DNA of 47,332 nt, taken from assembly GCA_040182905.1 (NCBI GenBank), contig JARQWU010000054.1:1-47332 (forward strand), given 5' to 3'. Position numbers and translations under genes: made by a program. This document shows, piece by piece, positions 20,719-33,700 of the stretch. Source of the DNA: Barthelona sp. PAP020. Its lineage: Eukaryota. The notes beneath the pieces were generated by a model. That model did not search any database and had not been told where the DNA came from. It saw nothing but the letters and a program-made list of their open reading frames with translations. Position 1 is the stretch's first letter. Every line of letters starts with the position of its first letter.

Positions 20719-21537
20719 TTATATTGCTTCATAATTGATACTACGATTACTTCTAGAAGGAATCTTTCCACTAACCAAAATTGCCAAGACGTTAGGAATA
20801 AAATCTCCAAACAAAACATAAATAACGGTAATAGTTATATCAAATGTGAATCTTTTATTAAAAATGGTAAGTCCAACTAAGACAGCACGAAGCACGAAAC
20901 AAATAAAAAAAGAAACAACAACAGTAGTTAAAGTTCGGTGTTTTGAACTTATTGATTGAGCAGAAAGAATATTTATGGAATTGTGCCATTCCAAAATTTT
21001 CGATCCAACAATTATAAACATTACCGCTGCAAAAATAGAAATAGCAATGAAGAAAATATTACTTAACATGTCAAAAGATTCATTTAGCCAGGGGAATAAC
21101 GCTCCCATGATCCAAATGATAATTTGTACACAATAAACAAAAACATTACCATAAACATAATAGGATTGAAATATATATTGAGATACAGAATCGTTAAATC
21201 TTGGATCACGATTTGAATAACATTTTTGGATCCACATCAATAAAAAGAAAGTAAACAAAGAAAATGATAAAAATCCAGGCAATTCAAAGAAAATTTTAAT
21301 CAATGTATTTAAAATAGGCGAATCACTGCCTGTAAAATATATTTGAATGAAAAAGTATGTTGCTCGTATTGCTGAATCAAGTACAACTAAATAATGAATC
21401 AAATGAAATTGAGTAAAGGTTTTTCTTAATATCGATATTGAACGAATTATCTGAATAATGCATACAATAAATAAAATAGCATATAAAATTCCAAACAAAA
21501 AGTATGGAAATACTTCACCAAATAATGATATACTCAT
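20719..21537 (-). CDS. THH1/TOM1 (DUF1084)-family 7-TM protein
   Basis: 272 aa, about 7 TM. 'ELPGFLSFSLFTFFLLMWIQKCY' resembles TOM1 'DLPGLLFFSTYTLLVLFWAEIY'. Also 'FICFVLRA'. Confidence 0.75.
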   Translation of the reverse strand: MSISLFGEVFPYFLFGILYAILFIVCIIQIIRSISILRKTFTQFHLIHYLVVLDSAIRATYFFIQIYFTGSDSPILNTLIKIFFELPGFLSFSLFTFFLLMWIQKCYSNRDPRFNDSVSQYIFQSYYVYGNVFVYCVQIIIWIMGALFPWLNESFDMLSNIFFIAISIFAAVMFIIVGSKILEWHNSINILSAQSISSKHRTLTTVVVSFFICFVLRAVLVGLTIFNKRFTFDITITVIYVLFGDFIPNVLAILVSGKIPSRSNRSINYEAI

Positions 21538-21944
21538 TTAATGCAATAAAATGAGTTCAAGTCTAAATATCAAAAAAGATTCGTGAAAAAAAAAATAAAA
21601 TCTTTCAATGCTTTTTGCAATAAAACCCAAATATTTTACAAAAAGATTCCACACAATAATTTTTCATTGAATCTCTTAAAACAAGTTTTTGAAGAATTTA
21701 TCAAAAAATGATGCTTATCACTTTTTCATTATTTCTTTTATTTAAAAAGAATGCTGATAAAATAATAAAAAAGAATGGATAATTTACAATGTATTACAAC
21801 ATATTAATAGGAAAAGAACATGATTAGTGCAGTTTCAAAAAAATGTAATTTCAACAACATAAAATTTTTACAAGGAAAATACAACAACTGAAGGAATGTG
21901 ACACAATACTGTTAAAGTTTCTTTTTTTTCATTATAAATTTTCA

Positions 21945-23474
21945 TCAAGAATTTGCGAATGTCACTGCAGGTTTTCTGGGAATTTTGTTCAAATCCAACC
22001 TTTTGTGTGAAGATTTTTTAACATCTTTTTTTCTCTCAATGATCTTGACTTTTCGTCTCAATTTTTCATTTTCTTTCTTTAATTCTTTCAACCTGTTTTC
22101 CTTCATTGAAGTCTGATAAACATGTTCAGTAATAATTCGTGACTGTTCATTATACTTTTCAACAAATTTCTTTAAAATGTTCAAAGGTTTTCCTCTAATT
22201 GTTGAATAATCATTTAAGTATTTAGCCCAAATAATATTACAAGTTCTGGAAAAATCTCTAACAACATTTCCTGCTTTTGTTGAAGTAGCATTGCTCAACA
22301 ATAATAATATACCATCTAATATTAACAAAGGATCATTACAATCTGGTTTATCCAACTCTGGATATCTTTCTGCCAATTGAGGTGTCCATAAATCTGATAA
22401 ATTTTTCCATTTATTCCATTTGTCAATTAAACCAGCAAACATTTTCTTTGAATTGTTCTTTTCATGAAAGGTTCTGTCAATTACAAATTTTTGGTTTTGA
22501 AAACTCGTTTCCAATTCAAGTTTAGCCTCTTGACTCTGTTCCCACTTTTTAGTAATATCCAGCAGTTCCCTATTGTTTTTCCTGCTAAAACTGTTCTCTA
22601 AATCTTCATATTGCTTAAGCAATCTATTATAATTTCCAGTTACTTCCAATAAATCTGAATAGCTCTTTCGATAAGCATTTTCTAAATCTTCCAGTTTTGA
22701 AACAACCTCATGAGCATCTTTAAAATTAAATTTTTCTATCAAATTGGCAAAAATAGGCTCAGTTTCTTTGAAGATCTTCAATCGTTTCTCTTGATCAATC
22801 AAACGAAATTGCTGTTTGCGCGTTCTTTCTTTCAATAAACTAACAGCATACATTAGTTGTTCATTTTCGGATTCAAATTCTCGATTATGATCACATAAAT
22901 CGCTCATTTTTATGGAAGCAATGTTAACTTTTTCTTTTAAATCAATCACATGCTCATGGAAATTTTCATCCAAACCTTTAATTTGATCGTTTTGTGTTTT
23001 TCTTAACTTTTTAAAATCACTGCATCTTAATTGCTCCAAATAATTGTTTCTAGATGTTTTTCTTGCAGTAGCAAGCTTAGCTTCAAGTGATTCAACCTTA
23101 TTTTCATTTTTATTATCTTTTAATATACTTTTTGTTTGATTCATAACATTATCATATAAGATATCTTGTCTTTTTAGTGAATTGATAAACTTTTTTGAAT
23201 GTTGCATATCTTTTAACATTTGGTCATCAATAATGTAATCATTTTCATCTCTAGTTTCATTCAATTCATGTGTAGAATTTAAAATATTAAATCTTCTTCT
23301 CTTTGCAATTTTTTCCGTATTCACATATGGATTTTCACTATCTTCATAGAAACTATCCAATTCATGCATGTCAAATGAAGTTAAATTGAAAGAATCATAA
23401 TCAATCATTTTTTTTTGATCATTCAATTGTATTCTGTTCCTCATTTCATTAAAACGTGGCGTTTTTTCTTTCAT
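21945..23474 (-). CDS. Coiled-coil protein, possibly CCDC42/CFAP73-like
   Basis: 509-aa heptad-rich ORF. 'KIFKETEPIFANLIEKFNFKDAHEVVSKLEDLE' weakly resembles the CCDC42/CFAP73 core. The ORF is solid but the family call is tentative. Confidence 0.55.
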   Translation of the reverse strand: MKEKTPRFNEMRNRIQLNDQKKMIDYDSFNLTSFDMHELDSFYEDSENPYVNTEKIAKRRRFNILNSTHELNETRDENDYIIDDQMLKDMQHSKKFINSLKRQDILYDNVMNQTKSILKDNKNENKVESLEAKLATARKTSRNNYLEQLRCSDFKKLRKTQNDQIKGLDENFHEHVIDLKEKVNIASIKMSDLCDHNREFESENEQLMYAVSLLKERTRKQQFRLIDQEKRLKIFKETEPIFANLIEKFNFKDAHEVVSKLEDLENAYRKSYSDLLEVTGNYNRLLKQYEDLENSFSRKNNRELLDITKKWEQSQEAKLELETSFQNQKFVIDRTFHEKNNSKKMFAGLIDKWNKWKNLSDLWTPQLAERYPELDKPDCNDPLLILDGILLLLSNATSTKAGNVVRDFSRTCNIIWAKYLNDYSTIRGKPLNILKKFVEKYNEQSRIITEHVYQTSMKENRLKELKKENEKLRRKVKIIERKKDVKKSSHKRLDLNKIPRKPAVTFANS

Positions 23475-23672
23475 TTCGTCATAATTTTAGAATTAATTTG
23501 ATCTAAAAGAAATCAAAAAAAAAGAAACTTCCTTCGTTCGAATGCGTTCACAAATTTTAATTACACCAATGAATTTATAAAACATGTAAACTTTATTGTT
23601 AAAAAAACATTAAAGCAATCACTTCTTTTTCACAACCATTATAAAGAAAAATTCTACTTTCCAAATTTCCAA

Positions 23673-24659
23673 ATGAATAATTTTGACAATATACAGTTCT
23701 ATTTACGTTCATTAATTCTTAATAATGATCATTCAATAGAATTTACAAGTAACAAAAATGAAAGAGGAATTGAATGGTTGAAAAAATTGAAAGTTGTTGA
23801 ACCTTGTAATGAAAGAGGAGCATCAGAAAGGTACAAAAATATTATTGCTGCAGATGTGTCCAGAAGTTTTCAATTCTTTTTGCGTCAAGCTTCACCTGTG
23901 GAACTTGAAGAATGGAGGATGAAATTGAGTACTACCCTTCACACTGTATGTTCAAATCCTAATTTCCACTATTTTCAAGGTTTGAATGAAATTGGATCGA
24001 TTGTTTTGATAACTTTTGAAGGACATATTGGTTGGTCAATTGCTGTCTTGCAAAAATTACTGAAAGAACATTTTAGTCCATGTTGTGGGGAAGTAACTTC
24101 ACCAATTGACCTACAACTCAATTTTTTGTTGAATTGCATTGAAGTTGTTTCTCCTGATTTGGGGAGGATATTTAAAATAAATCAAGATGAAAATATTATG
24201 TATTTCGCATTTTCATGGATACTTTGTGCCTTTATAAATGTTATTGATGATATTAGTGTCGCTCAAAATATTTTGGATTTAATAATTAGCCTTCCTTATA
24301 ATGGTGTTTGTGGGCAAGTGTACATATCAGCAGCTATTTTATTATCAGATAGAAAAGCTTTGTTAAGAATGCATGAAAGAAACCAATTAAATTTAACTAA
24401 TCTTATCCAAAAATATCAAGATGGCAATTTTAGTTTTGATAAAATCACCAATATGGCGTTTAATCTGTTTAATAAAACTTCATTATCCAATGTGAAATTT
24501 GGTTCAATCGATAGATTCAGTGAGCATGATAAAAACAGTTTCAATGATGGTTTTACTCTCATGACTGAATTGATTCAGGAGAAACCTTCATTCTTTTTGT
24601 TTTTATTGATATCTGCTATTTTGCTGGTATTATTGTTTAAACCGAAATCCAACAAATAA
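23673..24659 (+). CDS. TBC-domain RabGAP, TBC1D20/Gyp8-like, tail-anchored
   Basis: R-finger 'IIAADVSRSF', Q-finger 'FHYFQGLNEI', 'YFAFSWIL'. C-terminal TM 'FFLFLLISAILLVLLF' followed by a basic tail, as in TBC1D20. Confidence 0.85.
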   Translation: MNNFDNIQFYLRSLILNNDHSIEFTSNKNERGIEWLKKLKVVEPCNERGASERYKNIIAADVSRSFQFFLRQASPVELEEWRMKLSTTLHTVCSNPNFHYFQGLNEIGSIVLITFEGHIGWSIAVLQKLLKEHFSPCCGEVTSPIDLQLNFLLNCIEVVSPDLGRIFKINQDENIMYFAFSWILCAFINVIDDISVAQNILDLIISLPYNGVCGQVYISAAILLSDRKALLRMHERNQLNLTNLIQKYQDGNFSFDKITNMAFNLFNKTSLSNVKFGSIDRFSEHDKNSFNDGFTLMTELIQEKPSFFLFLLISAILLVLLFKPKSNK

Positions 24660-24777
24660 ATACTTGTAAATGAACTATTTTATTATCAGAATATAACCAA
24701 ATTGACAAAAACAAATTTTATAAAGGAAAAAAGTCTTTATATATTTCAATCTTTAACTAGGATTTTTTTTTTTTAAT

Positions 24778-27700
24778 ATGGATGATATTGATGACCAAAA
24801 CATTCTTTTAAATGTTTGCAAAGACATATTTAAACTTTATCAAGAAATTTTTGCAAAATGTGAAAAAAAGTTTTTGTCAACGATATTGAAGTTTTTGAGT
24901 TGTAATGAAGAATCAAAGTTTTTTGTGTATATTTTTGATAACGAAATAATACCGCTGTATAAATTGTCTGGTGATTTTGAAGAAGGTATATTTATTTTAA
25001 AGACATCTGCGTTTCTCAAGACCAAATCAATTAATGATTTAATCATTAGTAAAATACCAAGTGTATACCATACTTTAGGTCAGGGATTGGTGATACCAAC
25101 ATTTGTAACAACATTGTTAACTGCTGAACAAGTTAAACAAATATTTTTGACTTTTTCTTCTGCTGAAATATCGATAAAAGAATCAATATTTCATTTATCT
25201 GCATGTATTGTTAATCCTACAGATGTGAGCATTAGACAATTTTTTCAATTATTGACGGAAATGATAAAATTGCCTGATTGTAATGATACTTTTGAAGAAG
25301 TTCATGAATTAATTCGACGTAAAATACTATTGTTGACGCAAGTTTTGATTATTTTTCACACTCAACAAAGTGTTTTTGAGAGTTTTTCAGTCAATAACAA
25401 CGATTTAGCGTTGATGTACGTGAATCAACATTTACATATAAAGGAATTATTGAGGACATACAGTAAAATAGACGTGTTATTGAATAGAATCTATTCGGAT
25501 TGCTTTATCAACAAAACTGATGATATGGTTGAAAACATAATTTCAAAATTAAAAGCTGTGCTTTTACTCAAAAAAATTGTTGAACATTTTGTTGATATTT
25601 TTCATCAAAAAATTTTTGTTCTGCTAAAAAGTGTTTTGAATAATATTTGTGACTTTTGCAGTGATATAATAGTTAAAGATCTGAATATTATTTTATCTGC
25701 TTATAATCATGTTGGAAAGTTCGATATTGCCCAATTTTTATTTAAAAATGTCAATTTTTGCTTGAAAAAAGTTAAAATATTTGTAAAATATTTTTCACAT
25801 TTTAGAAGAATTAATGTAGAAGGTTCTCACGTGTCCAAACCTTTGATAAAATTTTCAACAATTTTAAGAGAAAGATTTCAAAAATTGTGTGACAGATTTA
25901 TTGATCTTGAAGAATTTTGTGAGGTTTTGTTATGTTTGTCAAGTTTTTCTACCATTTCATTCACAATTTTTTCATGTATATCAACTGAAAGTGATGATTT
26001 AAGTGGTACCTTAACAGAACATAAAAATCCAGTGGCTTTTATCAATAACCAAATGTTGGTGCTTAGAATTAAGACTGCTTCTTTGACAAAGTGTTTAATA
26101 TCCTTTTTGGTCAATCAGAAGGTAGGTCTTATTGATATACCTCTAAAAATTTGGTGTGAAAATTTTACATCATATTTTTCAAAAAACAATGAAAATTTGG
26201 AAAAATTATGTGAATATATAAATGTTGCATTTAGATACGATATCACCATTCTTAAAAAACTGGAATTTTTGGAAATATTATTTGAATTGACGCGTAATTT
26301 AACAAGTTCTAAGTTAATTATATTGCGAAAAACCATATTTGGTGTTGCGGCTTCTTGTTTATTGACTTTATTGTCAATAACAGAGATGTTTAGTAAAATT
26401 TTCTTTCCTTGCTTTCATAAAATTGTCGATAGATGTGGAGAATACTTTGAAAGCTGTCCACAAATGACTTTTGAAAATGATGATTTCACAAACTTTCTTG
26501 TGAAAAGTTTCGACCTGATGGGTTCACCTTTTTCTAATTTATTAAATGTAATGTTAAGATTTAGGAATATCTTGATGCAATATATGAATCTGACAAAAAG
26601 ACTACATGAGCATTTGGAGATTATGGAACGTCTTCATCAGAAGTTTAAGATTGAAGATAGATATGATGTTGAAAATTTGTTTATTAGTGATGATTCTCGG
26701 CTTTTTACTGTTGAAATGCTACAGAACTTAAAACAGTGGACTTTAAAATGCTTTGATTTTGATTTTAAATCAACTTTAAATGCCACAACTAACTCTTTAA
26801 CGTTTTGTCATGAAGAATTCACCAAATTAATTCAACAAGCTTTACAAATTTGTGAATCTTACTATCAAAAGAATTTTGATGATTTAGAGAATTATCTATC
26901 GCTATCTTTACTCAGTGTAAATGAACCATTAAATTATTCCATTCCAATTGATGTTAGCATGGTAAGTTTAATCAAAGAGATCATGTCAACATTTGAATCG
27001 TTAAGATTGTTTCCAAATGCTGCTATTTTTAAATTTTTGGAATTGAATAATGATGAAAAGGTCTTCAAAACTGAAGATTTCAAAAGAGTTCTTTTAAACT
27101 CAAATGTGATCAGTAGTTTAGTGAATCAATTCTCAATTTTATTGAAGGAAATTCAACCTTCTGTCAAATTACTTTTACAACATGAAATTGATGAAATTGA
27201 TGAAAATTTCAAAAGAATAGCTACAACTTTAAAATTAGGTAGCACAGGTTTAAGCGAATTTGAAGTTTTGTTAAGTGCTTTGTTGATTCAATTCGAAAAT
27301 CATGTCATTGTTTTCAGAAGTATCTTTGATAATATTGATTCAATGATTGAGTCCTTTCCAACCTTTTTTGATTTTGAGATTCCATCCACCTATATCAGTA
27401 TTGTTAACACGGTTAATACGAAGTCCATTATTTTGCAAGATGTACTTCGTTCATTTTCAAGCAAAATTGCTTTTTCGTTACAAGAAGCATTTGAAGTATT
27501 AAATTTATCACAAGGAGATCCTGTTTGGATTGAATTTGTTAACTTCTTAAATAATTATTTGATAGATCGAGTAAGAAAATGTTATTTTTCTCAATGTCAA
27601 GACTTTATCCAATTGATTGCTTCAAAAACTATTTTAAAATGTGATATTATACTTCAAGGAACAAGAATAATGTCTAATCCTTCAGTATCATTATCTTTGA

Positions 27701-30700
27701 CGGAAAATGGAATCAAAGACGTTTTAGCTGTTGATAAATCCAAAGAAAATTCAAATTCAAGAAGTTCTTCAAGAATTTCCTCTTCTTCTTCTTCACATGG
27801 TATCAAAAGTTCTTTCAATTCATTATATTCATCTTCTAATGATAAAAAGACAATAGTAACCAGATTGAATCTCGTTACTAACAGTATGTTTTTAAACAGT
27901 CATACAATTTATGAAAGTCAAATGGAATTTATTGATGTCTTTACCTATGTTTTTTACACATATATGGCATCTTTTAATGAACTAATATTGTTATCTCCTG
28001 AATCAACTGTATCGCTTGCAGCAGATGGTGAAGCATTACAATATGAAAATCAAACACATACAACTATAATTGAAGAAAAAAGAAAAGAAACAACAGCAGA
28101 AGTGGGAGAATTCGTTGAAAGTGCAACCAGCAAGATATTTGAATGTGCTGACAATGATTCATTTGCATCCACATTGAATAAATTGATTAGTCGTGCCAAC
28201 TTTAGTTTAAAAGAATTTATTATGACATTGACTGAAAAATTTTCTCCTTTAATTACTTTAGATTATATGAATCAATGTTATTTAGTGAACAATACACCTT
28301 ATGACGTAATTAATCCTGATTCCCAACAAGATTTACAGTTATCATTTTTAAATCTTGAAATTGGAATGGCTAGATGCAATACAATTGAAGAATCAGGTAA
28401 ATTAATAAATTCAACATTAAAAATGTTGAATGAATTGAATAAAACAGTTCAGATCGAATTTATTACTATAAATGTTGAACCATTGATAAAAAGTTTACAA
28501 ATTCAAGTAAAATCGGCCATAAATGCTATTTCCTTGGCATATGAAAATATTGACATCCATATTATCGAAAATTATCGAAACTTTTTCAAAAAAATTATCC
28601 AAGGAATCAGATCAAATTTAATTGAAAATCAATTAGAATGTGTTATTTCATTTATGGGAACAAATGATGATACTGCTTTTAGAATACCTGCTTCAAGAGA
28701 TTATTCTATTCATATAATGTCAATACCTTGTTTCAACCATAAACTAGATTATGTTATCAAAACTTTAAATGTAGTAGAACAAGAATATTTTGTGGTGTTG
28801 AAAGAAGTGAAAGAATTATTGTCAAATCCTCAATTCATTGATGAAATTCAGAGAATGTTTAAAGATTCAATATGTGATGCAGATGTTAAAGCCAAAAAAT
28901 TACATCAAAAGTGCATCAATATGTTTTCAGATTTTGATATTATTTTTGAGACAGCAAATGAATTTCATTGGGCTGAGGACCATTTAATTAAGATTGGCAA
29001 TTTACAAAATGAACTTGCTGATATTAGACAGATATTGAAGCAAATTAATTTTTATTATGACCCAATTGGATTAAAAGTGATTGAAATGAACGAAATTGAT
29101 CATATACAACAGATTTTAAATAATTGGGGGGAAATTTGTAGTATTATAACAACTGAATATTCATTAATTTCAAAATCTTTATTTTTGGGGGTTGATTTAA
29201 TTAAATTTATTCAAACATTATCAAAGTTAGAAGAACGTTTTAAAAAAGTTTCAGATAAAATTCAGAAAGATTATCCCAGAACTTTTGAATTTTTTCACGT
29301 CTTGAAGAATAATTTTGAATTGTTTCAAAAATTTCAGAAATCTCCTCCAACTTCAATTTTATGGGAACGTATATTTAGTGTTGAAGATCCTTTCACTCTA
29401 ACTTTTGAAATGATACGTTCAGTCATATCTTCTGAAGAAGATTTGGTGAAAATTTCCAGTTTTTTAAAGCAATGGACTATAATCGAAGATTTAGACATAA
29501 AATTTACATTTTTAACTTTCAAACACAAATCTTCTGATATTTCTTTAAAGAATAGTACTCCTTTGTTGAAGGAAATGAATAGAAGGTTTGAAAAAAAGAT
29601 TGAAGAAATGAATAAAGATAAAAAGAATCAATTGTTGAAAGTTAACAATAGAAATGAACAAGCAAAGAGAAAACAGTTACAAATTTATATTCGTGACGCT
29701 TCAATCATATTGAGACAGCTTGAAAAAAGAGAAAAACTTAAAGCCAGAGAGCAATTATCTTTAAGAAATTCAATCCAAAAGACCGCTTTGAAAAATAGTA
29801 AAAAGAAAGAATTTAATCGATTGCAAGCGGCTATTTGTTTGCAAGCTGGATTTAGAAGTTGGTTATTGAGAAAAGAATTAAAAGAAAAGAAGAATGGTGA
29901 TTTAGCTCAATTAGTGAAACATACTGCTCAAAAGAAAAAAATTAATGAGAAAATTAATGTTATTCAACGTTTTTGGAAGGGTTATCAAGCGAGAGAATCA
30001 ATAAATACTATAAAGAAGAAGAAAAAAGATTCAATAAGTGAACAACAATGCAAAATCTCAAGTTTAAATGATAGTGATGTTATTGAAATGGATAAAAATA
30101 GTACAATTGATTCAGCAATCTCTAGTAAGTCTGTTAATTTTGCGCAAGAATTTATTCCAAAAATTTCATTATTCTCTTTCACAGAATTTTCACTTATATC
30201 CAATGAATTAATGCCTCAAGTAATTGAAAGTGTTCTCAATAATGATTTATTGTTTAATAATAGGTTGGAAATGTTGAAAGGAACTTTTTGTCAAATTCCT
30301 TTCATTTCTGATCTTTTAAAATATTTTGAAGAGTTTAAAATGTTATTAAAGAATAGTAGTTCATATAATATTGAATCATTGCAAGCAAATATCATGAAAC
30401 TTTCCAATGTTTTTGATATTTGCTTATTAATTTGTTATTTACAAATGCATATTGAATCTTTTATTGTTACAATGAGTTCAATAACTGTTAATTTTGATAA
30501 AAAACAAGAAAAAAAGCTTTCAAAGATCATAGATTTGATCTTTGAAATCGAATCATACTTTAAATCATCTATTCGTGATATTCCAATGAAAAATTTGGTT
30601 TCATCACAATATAAGAGTACTTTACATGATTATTTTTTAAAATTTATTGATATTTCAGCAGAATTAGCTCAAGAAACTATTCAATTGTCTATCAGTTTAT

Positions 30701-33700
30701 CTCCAACCTTTACTTTATGTTCAAAAACTCAATTTTTTATCATTCATGTCTTATTTTATGGAATTGGTAACAATACTATTGATTTGGAAACATTGAATTC
30801 ATCTTATGACACTACTTTACCTTTTGTCAGTTTTTTCAATGGCGTTTTTCCTTCACTTACTTTTTTTTGTATTCAAAATGGCACTATTATTAATGTGGGA
30901 CATCATTTGGTTGTTCCTTATGATCAACAAACAGTATCATTAAATGAGTTCTTATTTTTGGATGAACTAGATGAATTTTCAAGTAATACTGAACACACTG
31001 ATCATAGTTCAAATGCTACCCGTACTACTGGTACTTCCAGTGATATTTTTAGTCAACGTTCCAAATTGTCTTCGAACATGACTCAAATGATGAGAAGTTG
31101 TGAAACTATGCCACTTGCTGATCCGATATTTTTGGGATCATTAGATTCTCCTGCTACAATTTTGAACAACATTTTAGTGAGTTATGTTAAGGCTTATAAA
31201 GAAATCCACAATGCAATTCATCAGATGATTAATGAATTCCTTGAAAGTCGAAATGTGGATGTTTTATTGACCCAATTATTTCAGGGTATTTTGGGAAATA
31301 GCATTTATGCTCTTAGAACTATAATGTCTAGAGCGGACACTATACTTGAAGAAAAAACAATGGTTAGTTTATGTTACAATTTTTATATAAGATTCAAAGG
31401 AGGCTTTGAAGCGAATAAACATCACGAAACTAACCAATTATTTTTGAAGAAATTGAATGCTGAATTGATGGCATATTATGTCAAGTACAAATCTATTGAG
31501 TTTGATGAATATATGATGAGAAACAGTGAAAATAAAATGATGATAAATGAAAAAGATATAATGAATGAAAAAAAACAAACAACAGAATTGTTTGAAATAG
31601 ATGAAGCACAAGAACAAAAGAATAATATTTCATTAATGATTGAAGACTTTTATAAAAATTATGATGATTTTATTAAAAAAGATAAAATTTATGAAATTTA
31701 TGAAATCAGAAAAGATTTAGAAACATATTTCCCTACTTATCCTTTATGTTATGATTTTGAAGAATCTTGCATAACTGTTGCTTCCAATGTTGGTTATTTA
31801 CCTTTTAAAAGGTTTACTTTTGGTATTGCACCCATTGATACATGCAACACTAATCTTGATTTACAAACTTTCAATGCTTTAAAAAGGTTTTTATCATTAA
31901 CCTATTTTAAAACAGGTAAATTATTATTAGTTGGTGAATTTTTCAGTCAAATAGATAATATCCTGAATCATTGTGCGAGATCTTTAGGACATGATGTGAT
32001 TGATAACAAAGGAATAACCATTTTAACCACCTTTTTTGAAGCTGGTAATCATTTCAATATCAACAAATTTAGACAATTTGTGGAAAATGGAATAATTGCT
32101 GCTAGAAGCTTAAACTATGTATTGATTCTTAGAGATGTCCATATATTACCAAAGAAGGCAAAAATAATTTTAGCAGATATTTGTAAAGCCAAAGATATAA
32201 TAATTCTGTTGACTTCAACTTGTGAAGTACCAGAATTAAAGACATGTTGTGAAGTTTTTTATGCTAATAATGAAGATAGTATGAAACCTAGTTATTTAAT
32301 CAACAAGATGTTGAACGCTTTTATTCACAACGCTTTTCCTTATCCATTAATTGCTACAGAATATTTGTTCAAAGCTTTTACAACGGCAAAGAATGTCGGA
32401 AGAAATTTAAGTGTAGAACCCTTTGCTTTTGAAACAATGATTAATTTCGTTGCTAAATGGGTTACTATTTTGTTTGAAAAATTACAAAATTCAAAGTTTA
32501 TAAAAAAACAAAAGGAAATTTTGCATAATGAAAAAGTTAATTTAAATGATCTTATCAAACAAATATGTGTTTTTGTTACGTTTAGTAGTCTTAGATTTGA
32601 TAAAAATACTCATAGTTTATCGCATTTAGTTGATTATGATGTTGAAAAGGAAAAAGGATTACTAGGATTTTTTTTCAATGAATTACACCCCAAATTTTTA
32701 CAATTACAAAGCATTTATGAAGGAAATTACCTAAATTATCTCACATTTGTTCCTTTCGATTTAGACTTTAGTAAATGGCCTGTTGAAGATCATATGAGTA
32801 TCAAAGATATGCTTATAACTTTAGAGAACTTTGATGCTATCTGTTTTAAACGTTCTTACGTTGAAGATGAAGAATTTATTACGAATTTGGTTCCAGTGTA
32901 TCAATCTGTTCTGCTAAAGAATCACGGTGGTAATCAAGTGTTGTTGCATCTCGTGGTTTCCACTTGTCAATGCGAAAATTTTGAGATTATTATTCAAAAC
33001 ATTAACAAAGAGATTAATCAACAAATAAAGGACAAAATTTTGAACAAAAAATTTACAGATGTTGTGAATATTTATGTGTTGTTGATTTTCACTGAACGTT
33101 TAACTACTGCAGGACATTTTGTGTTGCGTTATTTACCTGGAATAATTTCCAAAATCTTTGCTATTCAGAGTGCTATCATATCTAAAAGGATAGGGCATCC
33201 TTTTCTATTTAGGATCAAAACGGTATTTAAGTATGATTCACGTTTATCACATTCAGGTATGTTTTTAGATGGTTATTTGAAACAGTCATACAATGCTTCT
33301 TCAAACACTTTTAGTTATTTAAATCCAAGGAATGACATCGTTGAACATCGTTTTTCGAATGATTGCGCTAAAGTATTGATTCCACCAGCAGAAGTTTGGA
33401 AAAATGATGGTTTGGGAGATTTCAAAATATTGCCAGTATTTATCTCTTCTGAAACATTTCGCAACAATTCTTTAATTTTTTATGAAAAGTTTAAACATTT
33501 GATTAGTTGGAAAGAAATGACCTTTATTGCACATTATTTAAGTTTAACAAAAATTAAGCGCAGACATAATCAAATTCAAGGATATGAACCTTTCAATTTG
33601 GGAATGAGTTGTGTTAATACTGCTGGTGCAATTATTTCTTGTACTTTTTATGAAAGATACAAGAATTATGACCCAACAGTTATTTTTGTATTTGCATGTC

